Positions 46,451-57,583 are shown, counted from the first letter of the stretch. The stretch is DNA of 64,000 bases from Acidobacteria bacterium UBA2161 (GCA_002328835.1 DCWN01000042.1:177493-241492); one strand, 5' to 3'. Notes: generated from the sequence alone by a model not told the origin. Made by a program: numbers and translations.

Positions 46451-47980
46451 ATGACCGAATCCACTCTCGGCGGTGACCGCGGCCCAGCCCCCTCGTGGCG
46501 CGCCCTCGCGTGTCTGGCCTTCGGCGTTGGACTCCTCCCAACGCCGGCTGTCGCACAGGCGCCCGAACCGGTCGACTCGCCCAAGGTTCTGGAGTTGACG
46601 ACCTACACGACACATCCGCAGGTGGGCCCAGAATCGGACGCGATCGATATCGATCACGCCAAGGACGGCTCCGGCCGGCTGTTCGTCGGCACGAACGAGG
46701 GCAAGATCTTCGCCTTCGACCCGTCCGGCGGTCTGCTCGGCATCTTCCACGATCTCGCCGCGCCCGGCGTTACACCAGATTTCGACCCTACGCTGCGATT
46801 CGTCACGCGCGGCCTCTCCTACTACGCGTTCCACCCTGACTACGGTCGAGCCGGTGCGCCCGGCGAAGGGAAGCTCTACACGCTCTACCGCTCGACGATT
46901 CCCGGCGCGCGCGAGCCCGACTACAGCGGCACCGTCTTGCCCACGAAGCCGGGTAAGGTAATCGGCCGGTTCGCGGTCGCCGAGTGGACCGTCGACCCTG
47001 ACGACCCGAGCCGGATCGATCCGACGTCGTACCGCGACATCATTCGGTTCGAGATCAGTGGCCCGAACCAGGACAACCACTCGATGGGCCACATCGCCTT
47101 CAACCCGTTCGTCGCGCCGGGCGACCCCGACTACGGCCTGCTCTACATCCCGCTCGGCGACACCTGGTCGGGCGGCGGTCTGTGGGACTGGCAGCACGTC
47201 CAGGATTCCGACAACCCGTTCGGCAAGATCCTCCGGATCGACCCGCTCCAGCACGGCGACGACCGCTACGCGATTCCACCGGACAACCCGTTCGCCGACG
47301 GCGGGCCGCTGCTCGACGATGACGGCAACGCCGAGGAGATCGCCGCCGTCGGCTTCCGCTATCCGGAGAATCTGACGTTCGCGCGGGAGCCCGACGGCAC
47401 GTCACGCCTTCTGGTCTTCGACATCGGCGCCGACGACTACGAAGAGCTGAACCTGGTCGACGTCGGGGACAACCATGGCTGGCCGACGATCGACGGCCCG
47501 GTCGACGTCGACCGGAGCCCCGAGCGCACGTCAAGCTTGAATCCGTCGCCGGCGCTCACCGTGGAGTACCCGGCGGCAATCTACGACCATGACTTCCAGT
47601 ACTACCCGGGGTCGGGATCGTACCGCCGCGCGGCCATCGTCGGGGGCTTCGTCGCCTCAGACCCGAACGATCCGGATTTCCAGGATCAGCTCGTCTTCGC
47701 CGACCTCCCGAGCGGCGCGTTCTTCCACGTCGACTTCGAGGAACTCCTGGCCGCCGATGCCAACGATACGCAGGCAACCCTCCACGTCATGTATGCGAGC
47801 ATCGACGGCAGCGAGCCGGACCTGTTCACCCGGATCATCCACGGCGATGACTACGTCCCCGAGGGACGGGGCGCCAGCCGGGGGGACCAGCGGTTCGGCG
47901 TCGACGAGCGGGGGCGGGTCTTCGTGACGGTCCGGTCGTCGAACACGATCTACCTGACCAATCTCATCGCCGCGCAGTAG
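46451..47980 (+). CDS. PQQ-dependent (sGDH fold) sugar dehydrogenase-like secreted protein
   Basis: Signal peptide ALACLAFGVGLLPTPAVAQA. DGSGRLFVGTNEGKIF, HSMGHIAFNP, LLYIPLGD, NPFGKILRIDP, GFRYPENL, GDNHGWP. Confidence 0.7.
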   Translation: MTESTLGGDRGPAPSWRALACLAFGVGLLPTPAVAQAPEPVDSPKVLELTTYTTHPQVGPESDAIDIDHAKDGSGRLFVGTNEGKIFAFDPSGGLLGIFHDLAAPGVTPDFDPTLRFVTRGLSYYAFHPDYGRAGAPGEGKLYTLYRSTIPGAREPDYSGTVLPTKPGKVIGRFAVAEWTVDPDDPSRIDPTSYRDIIRFEISGPNQDNHSMGHIAFNPFVAPGDPDYGLLYIPLGDTWSGGGLWDWQHVQDSDNPFGKILRIDPLQHGDDRYAIPPDNPFADGGPLLDDDGNAEEIAAVGFRYPENLTFAREPDGTSRLLVFDIGADDYEELNLVDVGDNHGWPTIDGPVDVDRSPERTSSLNPSPALTVEYPAAIYDHDFQYYPGSGSYRRAAIVGGFVASDPNDPDFQDQLVFADLPSGAFFHVDFEELLAADANDTQATLHVMYASIDGSEPDLFTRIIHGDDYVPEGRGASRGDQRFGVDERGRVFVTVRSSNTIYLTNLIAAQ

Positions 47981-48079
47981 ACGGGCCCGACCCTTCTTCG
48001 GCCCCTTTGTGTGAGCCAGTTCACAGCCGCGACCCGGCATGGCCGCACACCGCAGTAGCGCAACCGGCGCGTCTGGCGC

Positions 48080-48085
48080 TAGAAT
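48080..48085 (+). promoter_or_regulatory. TAGAAT -10-like box
   Basis: It lies 38 nt upstream of ATG 48124, which has the strong SD GAGGAGAGGA. Confidence 0.35.
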
Positions 48086-48123
48086 GTCGGCTTCCCCGGT
48101 ACGCTGAGCAGAGGAGAGGACCG

Positions 48124-48783
<660 letters not shown>

Positions 48784-48861
48784 ACCCGCTCGGCCCAGGG
48801 GGCGGCGCCGTCCCCACGTCCGCCGGCCGTTCATCGGCTTCCGGCTCGTGGTTTCTCGCGT

Positions 48862-50181
48862 TCAGTAGCCCGGCAGGACCTTGACCGAACCGACCGAGCG
48901 GTTCAGCCCGACGCGACCGTTGCTCAGCACCGCCAGCGGGTTGTGCAGCACCGACGGCTGCTCCAGCGGATTCCGATCGAAAACGAGGAGATCGGCTTCC
49001 AGCCCGGCTTCGATCGCGCCGGTGCGATCGGCCAGCCCGTAGGCCTCGGCCGAGCGGATCGTCGCCGCACGAAGCGCGTCGATCGGACTCATCCCGAAGT
49101 CAATGAAGGCATTGATCTCCCCCGCCACTCGATAGACACTCTCCGGACCGTAGCTGGTGTCGACGGCGGTCAAGATCGGGATCCCCATCTCGTGGCCGAG
49201 CCGGATCATCCGCTGCAGGTTCTCCAGGATGTGCGGCGCGCGCTGACGCGCGATCGTCGTCGCATAGTCGTCGTGCGGCAACTCGAACCCGACGACCGAG
49301 ATGTAGGTCGGTACCCAGAGCGTGCCTCGCGCCTTCATCAGCCGTAGCGCTTCCTCGTTGATGTAGGAGGCGTGCTCGATGCTCCGGCAGCCGGCCTCGA
49401 TGCCGGCGATCACGACCTCGATGCCGTGGGCATGACAGGCCACCGGAATCCCGTGCCGCGCGGCCTCGTCCATGATGGCGGCCAGTTCCTCGACGGTGAA
49501 CGCCATGGCCAAGGCGTCGGGGCCCGACGTGCGCGACGACAAGCCGCTGGTCCGGGTCTTGATCCAGTCGACGCCGCGCTCTGCGTTGATCCGCACGATC
49601 TCGCGCACGGCGGCCTCACCCCGCACCGGCCGGTTGAGATACTTCGCCAGACGCGGATCGGCCAGCACGTCGTCGGTCGTGCCCAGTTCCGGGGTCACGT
49701 ACACGCTGGCCGCAAGAATGTCGGGCCCGGCAAGGTAGCCGGCCTTGACGAGATCGCGCTGCGCAATGTCCGAGAATCCGTCGACGCTCGCGCTCCGCGC
49801 GGTGGTCACGCCGGAGACGAGCGCTCGATGCGCGGAGGCGACGCGGCTCCCGTGATAGTGCCCCTCGAAGAAACCGGGGGTGACATAGCGCCCGCCGAGG
49901 TCAATCGCCTCAGCCGCCGCGGGCGGCACCCCGGAGCCCACCGACACGATCCGGCCCTCCCGCAGGACGATGGTGACGTCGCCGAGGACGCTGCCCGAGC
50001 GCACGTCGACGACGTTCGCGCCGGTGAGCGCGACGAATGGCTGCGGCAGGATGCCGTCCGCCCCGGCCGCTGCCGCCAGCACCTCCAGCGACGGCCGGGC
50101 ATACGGATCCTGTGCGAGGGCCGGAGCGCTGGCCAGCGCGAGCACGGCAAGAGCGGTGACGACCTGCAGCAGCTTCGACAT
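48862..50181 (-). CDS. Amidohydrolase-family protein, secreted
   Basis: Signal peptide VTALAVLALASAPALAQ. FFEGHYHG metal motif. CHAHG. The C-terminus GLEADLLVFDRNPL is typical of amidohydrolases. Confidence 0.7.
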   Translation of the reverse strand: MSKLLQVVTALAVLALASAPALAQDPYARPSLEVLAAAAGADGILPQPFVALTGANVVDVRSGSVLGDVTIVLREGRIVSVGSGVPPAAAEAIDLGGRYVTPGFFEGHYHGSRVASAHRALVSGVTTARSASVDGFSDIAQRDLVKAGYLAGPDILAASVYVTPELGTTDDVLADPRLAKYLNRPVRGEAAVREIVRINAERGVDWIKTRTSGLSSRTSGPDALAMAFTVEELAAIMDEAARHGIPVACHAHGIEVVIAGIEAGCRSIEHASYINEEALRLMKARGTLWVPTYISVVGFELPHDDYATTIARQRAPHILENLQRMIRLGHEMGIPILTAVDTSYGPESVYRVAGEINAFIDFGMSPIDALRAATIRSAEAYGLADRTGAIEAGLEADLLVFDRNPLEQPSVLHNPLAVLSNGRVGLNRSVGSVKVLPGY

Positions 50182-50288
50182 TTCTACCCCTTTCCAAACG
50201 GTTCCGACCGACGCCGGGATTGTAGCCCACGCCCGCCGGCCGGACGGTGTATGCTCTTTCGGATAGGAACGCCCGGAGGGAAACGCCC

Positions 50289-50963
50289 ATGCCGAACTCG
50301 ACCACTCGAACCACCGCCATCCTTGCTTTGCTCCTCGCGGCTGCCTGGTCCGCCAGCGACGAACGACGGGGCCACGCCCAGACTCAGGACCAGCGGCCGC
50401 CGCTCGTCCAGCCCGGCGCGCCGGGTGAAGCCACCCGCCTGATCGACACCGCTGCCGCCACCGACCTCTCAGGCATCGAAGCCACCGCGCCGGACATCGC
50501 GTTCATGCAGGGGATGATCGGCCATCACGCGCAGGCACTCGAGATGACGACGCTACTCTACGAGCGGACTGCATGGCAGGACATGCGGCTGCTGGCCGAG
50601 CGGATCGACGTGTCGCAGGCCGACGAGATCGGCATGATGCAGGGCTGGCTGGAAGCCCGCGGCCAGGACGTGCCCCAAGGCGACGAGCACCATCAGCACG
50701 AGGGCATGCTGATGCCGGGTATGCTGACGCCCGAGCAGATGGCCGAACTCGAAGCAGCCCAGGGCACCGACTTCGACAAGCTCTTTCTCGAGTACATGAT
50801 CATGCACCACCAGGGCGCGGTCATCATGGTGGAGGAGCTCTTCGCCAGCACCGGCGCCGGTCAGGAATCGGTGATCTTCAGCTTCGCGTCGGACGTCGTG
50901 GCCGACCAGAGCATGGAGATCACCCGGATGCGCAGGATGCGCGGCTCGCTCGACAACCAGTAG
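50289..50963 (+). CDS. DUF305 (four-helix, His-pair) protein, secreted
   Basis: ATG 50289 follows GGAGGG. Signal peptide. Duplicated FMQGMIGHHAQALEM / YMIMHHQGAVIM motifs with a His/Met-rich linker DEHHQHEGMLMPGM. Confidence 0.75.
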   Translation: MPNSTTRTTAILALLLAAAWSASDERRGHAQTQDQRPPLVQPGAPGEATRLIDTAAATDLSGIEATAPDIAFMQGMIGHHAQALEMTTLLYERTAWQDMRLLAERIDVSQADEIGMMQGWLEARGQDVPQGDEHHQHEGMLMPGMLTPEQMAELEAAQGTDFDKLFLEYMIMHHQGAVIMVEELFASTGAGQESVIFSFASDVVADQSMEITRMRRMRGSLDNQ

Positions 50964-50999
50964 CCGTCGGCTTCACGACACGAGAAACCGAGGACCCGT

Positions 51000-52895
51000 A
51001 TGACACCGAGAACCTTGATTCGACACTCGAGCCTCTCGAGGCTCACGCTGATCTGCGGCCTGGCCGCGCTTGTGCTGGCCGCCGTCCCCGTTCTCGCGCA
51101 GCAGCGCCAGGCCGACCCTCGCGTCGGACTCGCCGCCGGCTTCCAGGACGCCGGCGAGGCTGCGCGGAACATGGAACTGGTCGTCAACCTGGCCAAGCCC
51201 GAGGGGTTCTTCGACCCCGAGGCACCGGCCGGCCGGCCGCGCCCGCCGCGTCCACCGCAGCCCGATCCCGAGGCCGAGGCGACGCCCGAGGCCGACGCGG
51301 CGCCCGCGCCGCCGCGTCCGCCGCAGATCAACTTCACCAACTCGGATCTGGCGTTCGGCGATACGCACATGTTCGTCGGCAACTACCACGGCTTCAACAC
51401 CTACAGCATCGAGGACCCACGATCGACGGAGCTGCTGGTCTCGGTCATCTGTCCGGGCGGCCAGGGCGACGTCTCGGTCTACGGCGACCTGCTGTTCATG
51501 TCGGTCGAGCAGACGCGCGGCCGGCTCGACTGCGGCACAGGTGGCGTCGAGGAGCCGGTGAGCGCCGAGCGGTTCCGCGGCATCCGGATCTTCGACATCA
51601 GCGACATCCGGAACCCACAACAGATCGCCGCGATCCAGACCTGCCGCGGCTCGCACACCCACACGCTGGTGCCCGATCCGAACGACCCGGGCACCCTGTA
51701 TCTCTACGGCCAGGGCACCGGCTCGGTCCGATCGGGTGACGAATTGGATGGCTGCGTCGACCTCGAGGAGGACCAGGATCCGGACGAACGCCCTGACACG
51801 GCGCTGTTCAGCATCGACGTCATCGAGGTGCCGCTCTCGGCGCCGGCAACCGCCCGCATCGTCAACCGGCCGAGGATCTTCGCCGACCCCGAGACCGGGT
51901 CGATCTCCGGCCTCTGGCAGGGCGGCGACCACGGCGAGGGGACGCAGAACTCGCGGATGACGAACCAGTGCCACGACATCACCGTCTATCCGGAGATGGG
52001 GCTGGCCGCGGGTGCCTGCTCGGGCAACGGCATCCTGCTGGACATCTCGGATCCGGCGAATCCCGAGCGGCTCGACGAGGTCGTCGACCAGAACTTCGCC
52101 TACTGGCACTCGGCGACGTTCAACAACGACGGCACCAAGGTCGTCTTCACCGACGAGTGGGGCGGCGGCGGCCGGCCGCGCTGCCTGGCGACCGACCTGC
52201 CGAGCTGGGGCGCCAACGCGCTCTTCGACATCGTCGACCGCAAGTTGGTCTTCCGCAGCTACTACAAGATGCCCGGGGCGCAGACCGAGATGGAGAACTG
52301 CGTCGCGCACAACGGCTCGCTCATCCCCGTGCCCGGACGCGACATCATGGTGCAGTCGTGGTACCAGGGCGGCGTCTCGGTCTTCGACTTCACCGATACG
52401 GCGAACCCGGTCGAGATCGCCTTCTTCGACCGCGGCCCGATCAACGACGAAGCGTTCATCATGGGCGGTTACTGGTCGAGCTACTGGTACAACGGGTTCG
52501 TCTACGGCGCCGAGATCTCACGCGGCGTCGACGTCTTCCGCCTGACACCCAGTGAGCATCTGTCGGCGAGTGAGGTCGCCGCGGCCGAGGAGGTCGAACT
52601 GGGCGGGTTCAATGCGCAGAACCAGCGCCTGATCACGTGGGAGCCGACCACCGCGGTCGCCAAGTCCTACGTCGACCAGCTCGCCCGGCAGAACGGCATC
52701 CGGGTGGCCCACCTCACGACGCTCGACACGGCGCTCCGCCGCATCGACCGCGATCAGGCCGACGGTGACCTGCTCGACGAGCTGGATGCGCTGGCCACGC
52801 AGCTGGACAGCGACGCGTCCGCCCTGCCGCGCGCCGCCGCCAGGTTGCATGCCCTGGCCGACACGCTCAGAGGTCTGACCGCGAGCCAGCGCTGA
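51000..52895 (+). CDS. LVIVD-repeat beta-propeller protein with Pro-rich linker and C-terminal helical tail
   Basis: Signal peptide. The Pro-rich PPRPPQ...PPRPPQ segment. Blades of LVIVD type (GDLLFMSVE, GIRIFDISD, LFSIDVIEV, GILLDISD, GVSVFDFTD, GVDVFRL). Confidence 0.65.
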   Translation: MTPRTLIRHSSLSRLTLICGLAALVLAAVPVLAQQRQADPRVGLAAGFQDAGEAARNMELVVNLAKPEGFFDPEAPAGRPRPPRPPQPDPEAEATPEADAAPAPPRPPQINFTNSDLAFGDTHMFVGNYHGFNTYSIEDPRSTELLVSVICPGGQGDVSVYGDLLFMSVEQTRGRLDCGTGGVEEPVSAERFRGIRIFDISDIRNPQQIAAIQTCRGSHTHTLVPDPNDPGTLYLYGQGTGSVRSGDELDGCVDLEEDQDPDERPDTALFSIDVIEVPLSAPATARIVNRPRIFADPETGSISGLWQGGDHGEGTQNSRMTNQCHDITVYPEMGLAAGACSGNGILLDISDPANPERLDEVVDQNFAYWHSATFNNDGTKVVFTDEWGGGGRPRCLATDLPSWGANALFDIVDRKLVFRSYYKMPGAQTEMENCVAHNGSLIPVPGRDIMVQSWYQGGVSVFDFTDTANPVEIAFFDRGPINDEAFIMGGYWSSYWYNGFVYGAEISRGVDVFRLTPSEHLSASEVAAAEEVELGGFNAQNQRLITWEPTTAVAKSYVDQLARQNGIRVAHLTTLDTALRRIDRDQADGDLLDELDALATQLDSDASALPRAAARLHALADTLRGLTASQR

Positions 52896-52965
52896 GCCCG
52901 AGCACGGACACTTCATCGGCGGGCGGGGCGCTCTGCCCCGTCCGCCTCTTCCTGTACAGCTGAGC

Positions 52966-55245
52966 GTGGCAGCACTCGGGATGACGCCTGCCGTGAACCG
53001 CGCGGGCCCCGTCGTCGCACTGCTGCTAGCCACGGCGACGCCCGCGTGGGCGCAGAGCGGCGACGCCCCTGGCAACCGCGGTCCGGTGCCGCCGGCGGTC
53101 GTGGCTCGCGATGCCGAGGGCCGCGTCACCGTGCGCGCCGTTCGCGTCGCGGAGCCGATCGTCGCCGACGGACGGCTCGACGACCCGGTCTACCGGGAGG
53201 TGCCGCCGATCGACGGCTTCATCCAGCAACTACCGGACGAGGGCGCCCCGGCCACCGAGCCCACAGACCTCTGGATCCTCTTCGACGATCGAAACGTCTA
53301 CCTGACCGCCCGGTGCTGGGACAGTCAGCCCGAGCGGATCATCGCCAACGAGATGACGCGCGACTCACGCAACCTCTGGCGCAACGACGGCATCTCGGTC
53401 GTCTTCGACACGTTTCACGATCGCCGTAACGCGATCTCCTTTCTGGCGAACCCGCTGGGCGGCTTGTTCGACAGCCTCGTCACCGACGAGAACGCCGTCA
53501 ACACCGACTGGAACACCGTCTGGGACGCCCGGACCAGCATCTTCGACCAGGGCTGGATCATCGAGATGGTGATCCCGTTCAAGTCGCTCCGATACCAGCC
53601 GGGCGGGGCACAGACCTGGGGAATCAACGTCTCCCGACGGGTGCAGTGGAAGAACGAGTCGTCCTACCTCAGCCCGGTACCGGCCTCGCTCGACCGCCGA
53701 GGCATCCTCCAGATCTCCGCCGCCGCAACGCTGGTCGGCATCGAGCCGCCCACGACGAGCAGGAACCTCGAGCTGAAGCCCTACGGCATCACCGGCGCGC
53801 TCGCCGAGCAGCAGGATACGCCCGACCCGAGGAACGACTTCACTGGCGACGCGGGCTTCGACGTCAAGTACGGCCTCACCCGCTCGCTCGTCGCCGACTT
53901 CACGGTCAACACCGATTTCGCCCAGGTCGAAGCCGACGAGCAGCAGGTGAACCTCACCCGCTTCAGCCTGTTCTTTCCCGAGAAGCGCGAGTTCTTCCTG
54001 GAAGGCCAGGGGATCTTCGCGTTCGGCGACCCGGGCGGGACCCGGCGGCAGAACGCGAGGCCGAGCGACACGCCGGTCATCTTCTTCAGCCGTCGAATCG
54101 GCCTCGAGGACGGCGAGGATGTGCCCATTCGCGCCGGTGGCCGTGTGACGGGGCGCGCGGGGCCGTTCTCAATCGGGCTCCTGAACATCCAGACGGGCGA
54201 CTCGGAAACGGCCGAGGCACTGTCGACCAACTTCTCCGTCATTCGCCTGAAGCGGGACCTCTTGCGTCGGAGCAATATCGGCCTGATCTACACTCGCCGG
54301 AGCCGCTTGACTGACGGCGACGGCGTGAACCAGGCCTACGGCGCCGACGCGAACTTCAGGTTCTACGAGAACGTCAACCTCAGCAGCTACTATGCGCGCA
54401 CCGACACGCCGGGGTTCGACGAGGGCGATGCCAGCTTTCGCGGGCGGTTCGAGTACACCGGCGACCGCTACGGCGCGGAACTCGAACACCTGACGGTCGA
54501 CGAGCAGTTCAACCCCGAGATCGGCTTCGTCCGCCGCGACGACTTCCGGCGCAACTTCGCGCAGCTACGCTTCAGCCCGCGCCCCCGTTCGGTCCGCTGG
54601 CTGCGCCGCATCATCTATCAAGGCAGCTTCGACTACATCACCGACACCGACGGCGTGCTCGAGACACGCGAAGGCAAGGCCAGATTCGAGTTGGAGCTGG
54701 AGAACAACGACAAGTGGCACGTCGAGTACACCGACGCGTTCGAGGGACTGCAAGAGGGATTCGAGATCGTCGACGGCATCATCCTGCCCGTCGGCGGCTA
54801 CAACTTCGGCGACGTGCGCACCGAGTACGAGCTGGGGCCGCAGCGCCGCATCTCGGGCCGGGTGAGCCTGCTGCGGGGCGGATTCTTCGGCGGCGCCCGC
54901 ACGGAAGCGGCGTACCAGGGTCGCGTCGTCGTCACGCCGCAGCTCGCGGTCGAGCCGCGCATCGCGGTCAACGACGTCGACCTCGCCGAAGGGCCCTTCA
55001 CGACGACGCTCGTCGGTGCCCGCACGAGCTATACCTTCTCGCCTCGGATGTTCGCGGCCGCACTGGTGCAGTACAACTCGAGCAACGCGACGCTCGACAC
55101 CAACATCAGGTTCCGCTGGGAATACCAGCCCGGCAGCGATCTCTTCGTCGTCTACAGTAGCGGGCGCGACACCGGCCTCGACGGCTTCCCGCGGCTCCAG
55201 AACCGCTCGTTCGTCATCAAGGTCACGCGGCTACTTCGATTCTAG
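52966..55245 (+). CDS. CBM9-like / DUF5916 protein, probable outer-membrane beta-barrel
   Basis: Signal peptide (alternative ATG at 52981). DGRLDDPVYREVPPIDGFIQQ, WILFDDRNVYLTARCWD, and WIIEMVIPFKSLRY. There is a long beta-rich C-terminus ending in ...VTRLLRF with a terminal Phe. Confidence 0.65.
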   Translation: MAALGMTPAVNRAGPVVALLLATATPAWAQSGDAPGNRGPVPPAVVARDAEGRVTVRAVRVAEPIVADGRLDDPVYREVPPIDGFIQQLPDEGAPATEPTDLWILFDDRNVYLTARCWDSQPERIIANEMTRDSRNLWRNDGISVVFDTFHDRRNAISFLANPLGGLFDSLVTDENAVNTDWNTVWDARTSIFDQGWIIEMVIPFKSLRYQPGGAQTWGINVSRRVQWKNESSYLSPVPASLDRRGILQISAAATLVGIEPPTTSRNLELKPYGITGALAEQQDTPDPRNDFTGDAGFDVKYGLTRSLVADFTVNTDFAQVEADEQQVNLTRFSLFFPEKREFFLEGQGIFAFGDPGGTRRQNARPSDTPVIFFSRRIGLEDGEDVPIRAGGRVTGRAGPFSIGLLNIQTGDSETAEALSTNFSVIRLKRDLLRRSNIGLIYTRRSRLTDGDGVNQAYGADANFRFYENVNLSSYYARTDTPGFDEGDASFRGRFEYTGDRYGAELEHLTVDEQFNPEIGFVRRDDFRRNFAQLRFSPRPRSVRWLRRIIYQGSFDYITDTDGVLETREGKARFELELENNDKWHVEYTDAFEGLQEGFEIVDGIILPVGGYNFGDVRTEYELGPQRRISGRVSLLRGGFFGGARTEAAYQGRVVVTPQLAVEPRIAVNDVDLAEGPFTTTLVGARTSYTFSPRMFAAALVQYNSSNATLDTNIRFRWEYQPGSDLFVVYSSGRDTGLDGFPRLQNRSFVIKVTRLLRF

Positions 55246-55269
55246 GCAGCCCGAAACAACAAGGCGCGT

Positions 55270-56538
55270 CTAGTCGAGGGCGTTCAGGAACGCGTCGATG
55301 TCGGCATCGTTGTTGTACACGGACACCCCGATGCGAAGTCCCCTGACCTGCTCGACCGCGCCCGTGGCATCGGTCTTCCGCCAGCGACCACCGGAGACCA
55401 CGCGCTCCGGAAAGGCCCGCTCGAGTTTGGCCTGGGTCGCGTCGGGATCCGGCGTGATGAAGCTGGCAATCGGCGTATTCGTGCCAGGCGGCGTGATCGA
55501 GGGAAAGCCCAGCCCGGGCATTTCGCCCTGCAGCCGTTCGACGAGACGGGCGGAGTGGGCGCGGATGTTGTCGACGCCCAGCTTCGTCACGTATTTGAGG
55601 CCTTCGAGCGCGCAGACCGCCGGCAGGTAGGGCATCGTTGTAGTGCCCTCGTACATCGCGGCGCCTGGCCGCGGCACGAAGGCTCCGTCGCGCTGAGCCA
55701 CCGCCCGCAGCCCGTAGCGCGTCTGCTTCACGACGTCGCCCTGCAGGTCGTCGCGCACGTACAGGAAGCCGAGGCCGAAGTCGCCCATCAGCCACTTGTA
55801 GGTGCTGGACGCCGCGCAGTCGATGCCCATGGCGCGGACGTCGACCGGGGTGTTGCCGGCGGCCTGAATGATGTCGGCGTAGACGTAGGCGCCCTGCGCG
55901 TGTGCGAGGTCGCTGATCGCGCGCGCGTCGTGGAGGTAGCCGTTGATGTTGGAGACCAGCGCCATCGAGACCAGTCGTGTCTCGCTGTCGATCGCCCGCT
56001 CCATATCGGCGACGTCGATCTTCCAGTCGCGGTGCGGCACCACGCGCAGCTCAATCTTCCCCGCGTCGGCCAGCGCCGTGTAGAGATAGCGCGACGCCGA
56101 GAAATGCAGGTCGTCGATCACGACGTTGCCGCCGCGCGCCGCCAGGTCGAGACCGGCCACGACGACGTTCTCACCGTCGGTCGTGCTCATCACGAAGGCG
56201 ATCTCGTCGGGCGTGGCGTTGATGAGCTGAGCGAACAACCGCTTCGTCTCGGCCTGGTGGTCGGCGGTGAAGCTGTGCCGCCCGTCACCCGAGCCCAACG
56301 CGCGGTACTCGGCGTACTGATCGATCGCCCGCAGCGTGTGGACACTGAACGGATGGGTCTCCGCCGCCGCCAGCCAGAGGTTCTTCGCGGCGCGCGGGAA
56401 ATCCGCTCGCACGGTCGCGACATCGAAAGCCTCTGCGGCGCCTGACGCGCCTGACTCCCCGTTCGCCGGGCGCCCAATCCCCAGCGCTAGGGCTCCGCCG
56501 CCGACGGTTCGCATGAGTTCACGTCTGCTGAGATTCAT
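55270..56538 (-). CDS. Class-V aminotransferase-fold PLP enzyme with Tat leader (second copy)
   Basis: Leader MNLSRRELMRTVGGGALALGIG. PLP-lysine context SSTYKWLMG. Class-V fold throughout. Confidence 0.75.
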   Translation of the reverse strand: MNLSRRELMRTVGGGALALGIGRPANGESGASGAAEAFDVATVRADFPRAAKNLWLAAAETHPFSVHTLRAIDQYAEYRALGSGDGRHSFTADHQAETKRLFAQLINATPDEIAFVMSTTDGENVVVAGLDLAARGGNVVIDDLHFSASRYLYTALADAGKIELRVVPHRDWKIDVADMERAIDSETRLVSMALVSNINGYLHDARAISDLAHAQGAYVYADIIQAAGNTPVDVRAMGIDCAASSTYKWLMGDFGLGFLYVRDDLQGDVVKQTRYGLRAVAQRDGAFVPRPGAAMYEGTTTMPYLPAVCALEGLKYVTKLGVDNIRAHSARLVERLQGEMPGLGFPSITPPGTNTPIASFITPDPDATQAKLERAFPERVVSGGRWRKTDATGAVEQVRGLRIGVSVYNNDADIDAFLNALD

Positions 56539-56565
56539 CCTCGCCTCCCCCGTGCGACCCGCAGC

Positions 56566-57270
56566 CTATACGCTGCGCGTCAGTCCCCCATCCACCCTGA
56601 GATTCTGTCCGGTGATGTAGCCGGCGTCGGCCGACAGCAGGAACCGAACCGTCTTGCCGATCTCCCCCACCGAGCCGTAGCGGCCCATCGGGATCTGCCG
56701 CACCAGTTCGTCGTCGGCCGGGAACGAATCGATGTACCCCGGAAGCACGTTGTTCATCCGGATGCCGTCCGCGGCATGCGCGTCGGCATAGAGCTTCGTG
56801 TAGCTGGCCAGCGCGGCGCGCAGCGTTGCCGAGATCGGGAACGCCGCCGATGGCTCGAAGGCCGCGAAGGTCGAGATGTTGACGATGGCGCCGCCGCCCG
56901 CCGCCTTCAGCGGCGGCGTCACGAGCCGCGCCATCCGGACGACGCCGAGGAGCACCAGCTCCAGCCCGTTCCGCCAATCGTCGTCGGTCAACTCCAGGAG
57001 CGGCCCCTTCGGCGGGTGGCCCGTGTTGTTGACGACGGCGTCGAGCCGCCCATGGCGATCGAGCGTCGCGTCGACCAGCCGACGCAAGTCGTCGGGCTCC
57101 GTGACCGACCCGGTCACGCCGAGGGCATCCAGTTCGCTCGCCAGCGTCTCGGCCGCGCCCGAGATCGACATCAGGGCCAGCCGGTAGCCATTCGCCGAAA
57201 GCTCTCGCGCGATCGCCGCACCCATCCCCTTGCCGGCGGCGGTCACGATGGCCACGGGGCTGTCGGGCAT
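56566..57270 (-). CDS. Short-chain dehydrogenase/reductase (SDR)
   Basis: TAAGKGMGAAIA cofactor motif, NNTG, and the classic C-terminus GYITGQNLRVDGG. Confidence 0.8.
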   Translation of the reverse strand: MPDSPVAIVTAAGKGMGAAIARELSANGYRLALMSISGAAETLASELDALGVTGSVTEPDDLRRLVDATLDRHGRLDAVVNNTGHPPKGPLLELTDDDWRNGLELVLLGVVRMARLVTPPLKAAGGGAIVNISTFAAFEPSAAFPISATLRAALASYTKLYADAHAADGIRMNNVLPGYIDSFPADDELVRQIPMGRYGSVGEIGKTVRFLLSADAGYITGQNLRVDGGLTRSV

Positions 57271-57298
57271 GATGGTCGAGGCGCGCGCGGGTGTCAGC

Positions 57299-57583
57299 CT
57301 ACTCTACCGCGTGTCTCAGGGTGGTCTCCCGCCTGTCCATAATCAGTGCCAGCTTCCGCGAACGGCGCCACCCTTTGATCTCGGCCTCGCGCCGCTGGGC
57401 CGACGACCGCGTCGGATGCGATTCCGTCCAGGCCAATCGGACCGGCCGACGGCCGGCGGTGTAGCGTGCGCTCCGGGCCGCGTCGTGCTCCCCATTGTGT
57501 TCACCGATTCGGCGGTCCAGGTCGGTCGTGACGCCGGTGTACAGGGTGCCATCGGCGCAGCGCACGACATAGCAGAAATACAT
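57299..57583 (-). CDS. GIY-YIG nuclease-domain protein (UPF0213-like)
   Basis: MYFCYVVRCADGTLYTGVTTDLDRRIGEHN...REAEIKGW is the GIY-YIG signature. Confidence 0.8.
   Translation of the reverse strand: MYFCYVVRCADGTLYTGVTTDLDRRIGEHNGEHDAARSARYTAGRRPVRLAWTESHPTRSSAQRREAEIKGWRRSRKLALIMDRRETTLRHAVE

Noticed and set aside
51243-51326. An 18-nt near-perfect direct repeat (CCGCCGCGTCCACCGCAG / CCGCCGCGTCCGCCGCAG) 66 nt apart.
   Set aside because: It simply encodes the duplicated PPRPPQ motif of a Pro-rich low-complexity linker in the LVIVD protein. It is not a mobile-element or regulatory repeat.
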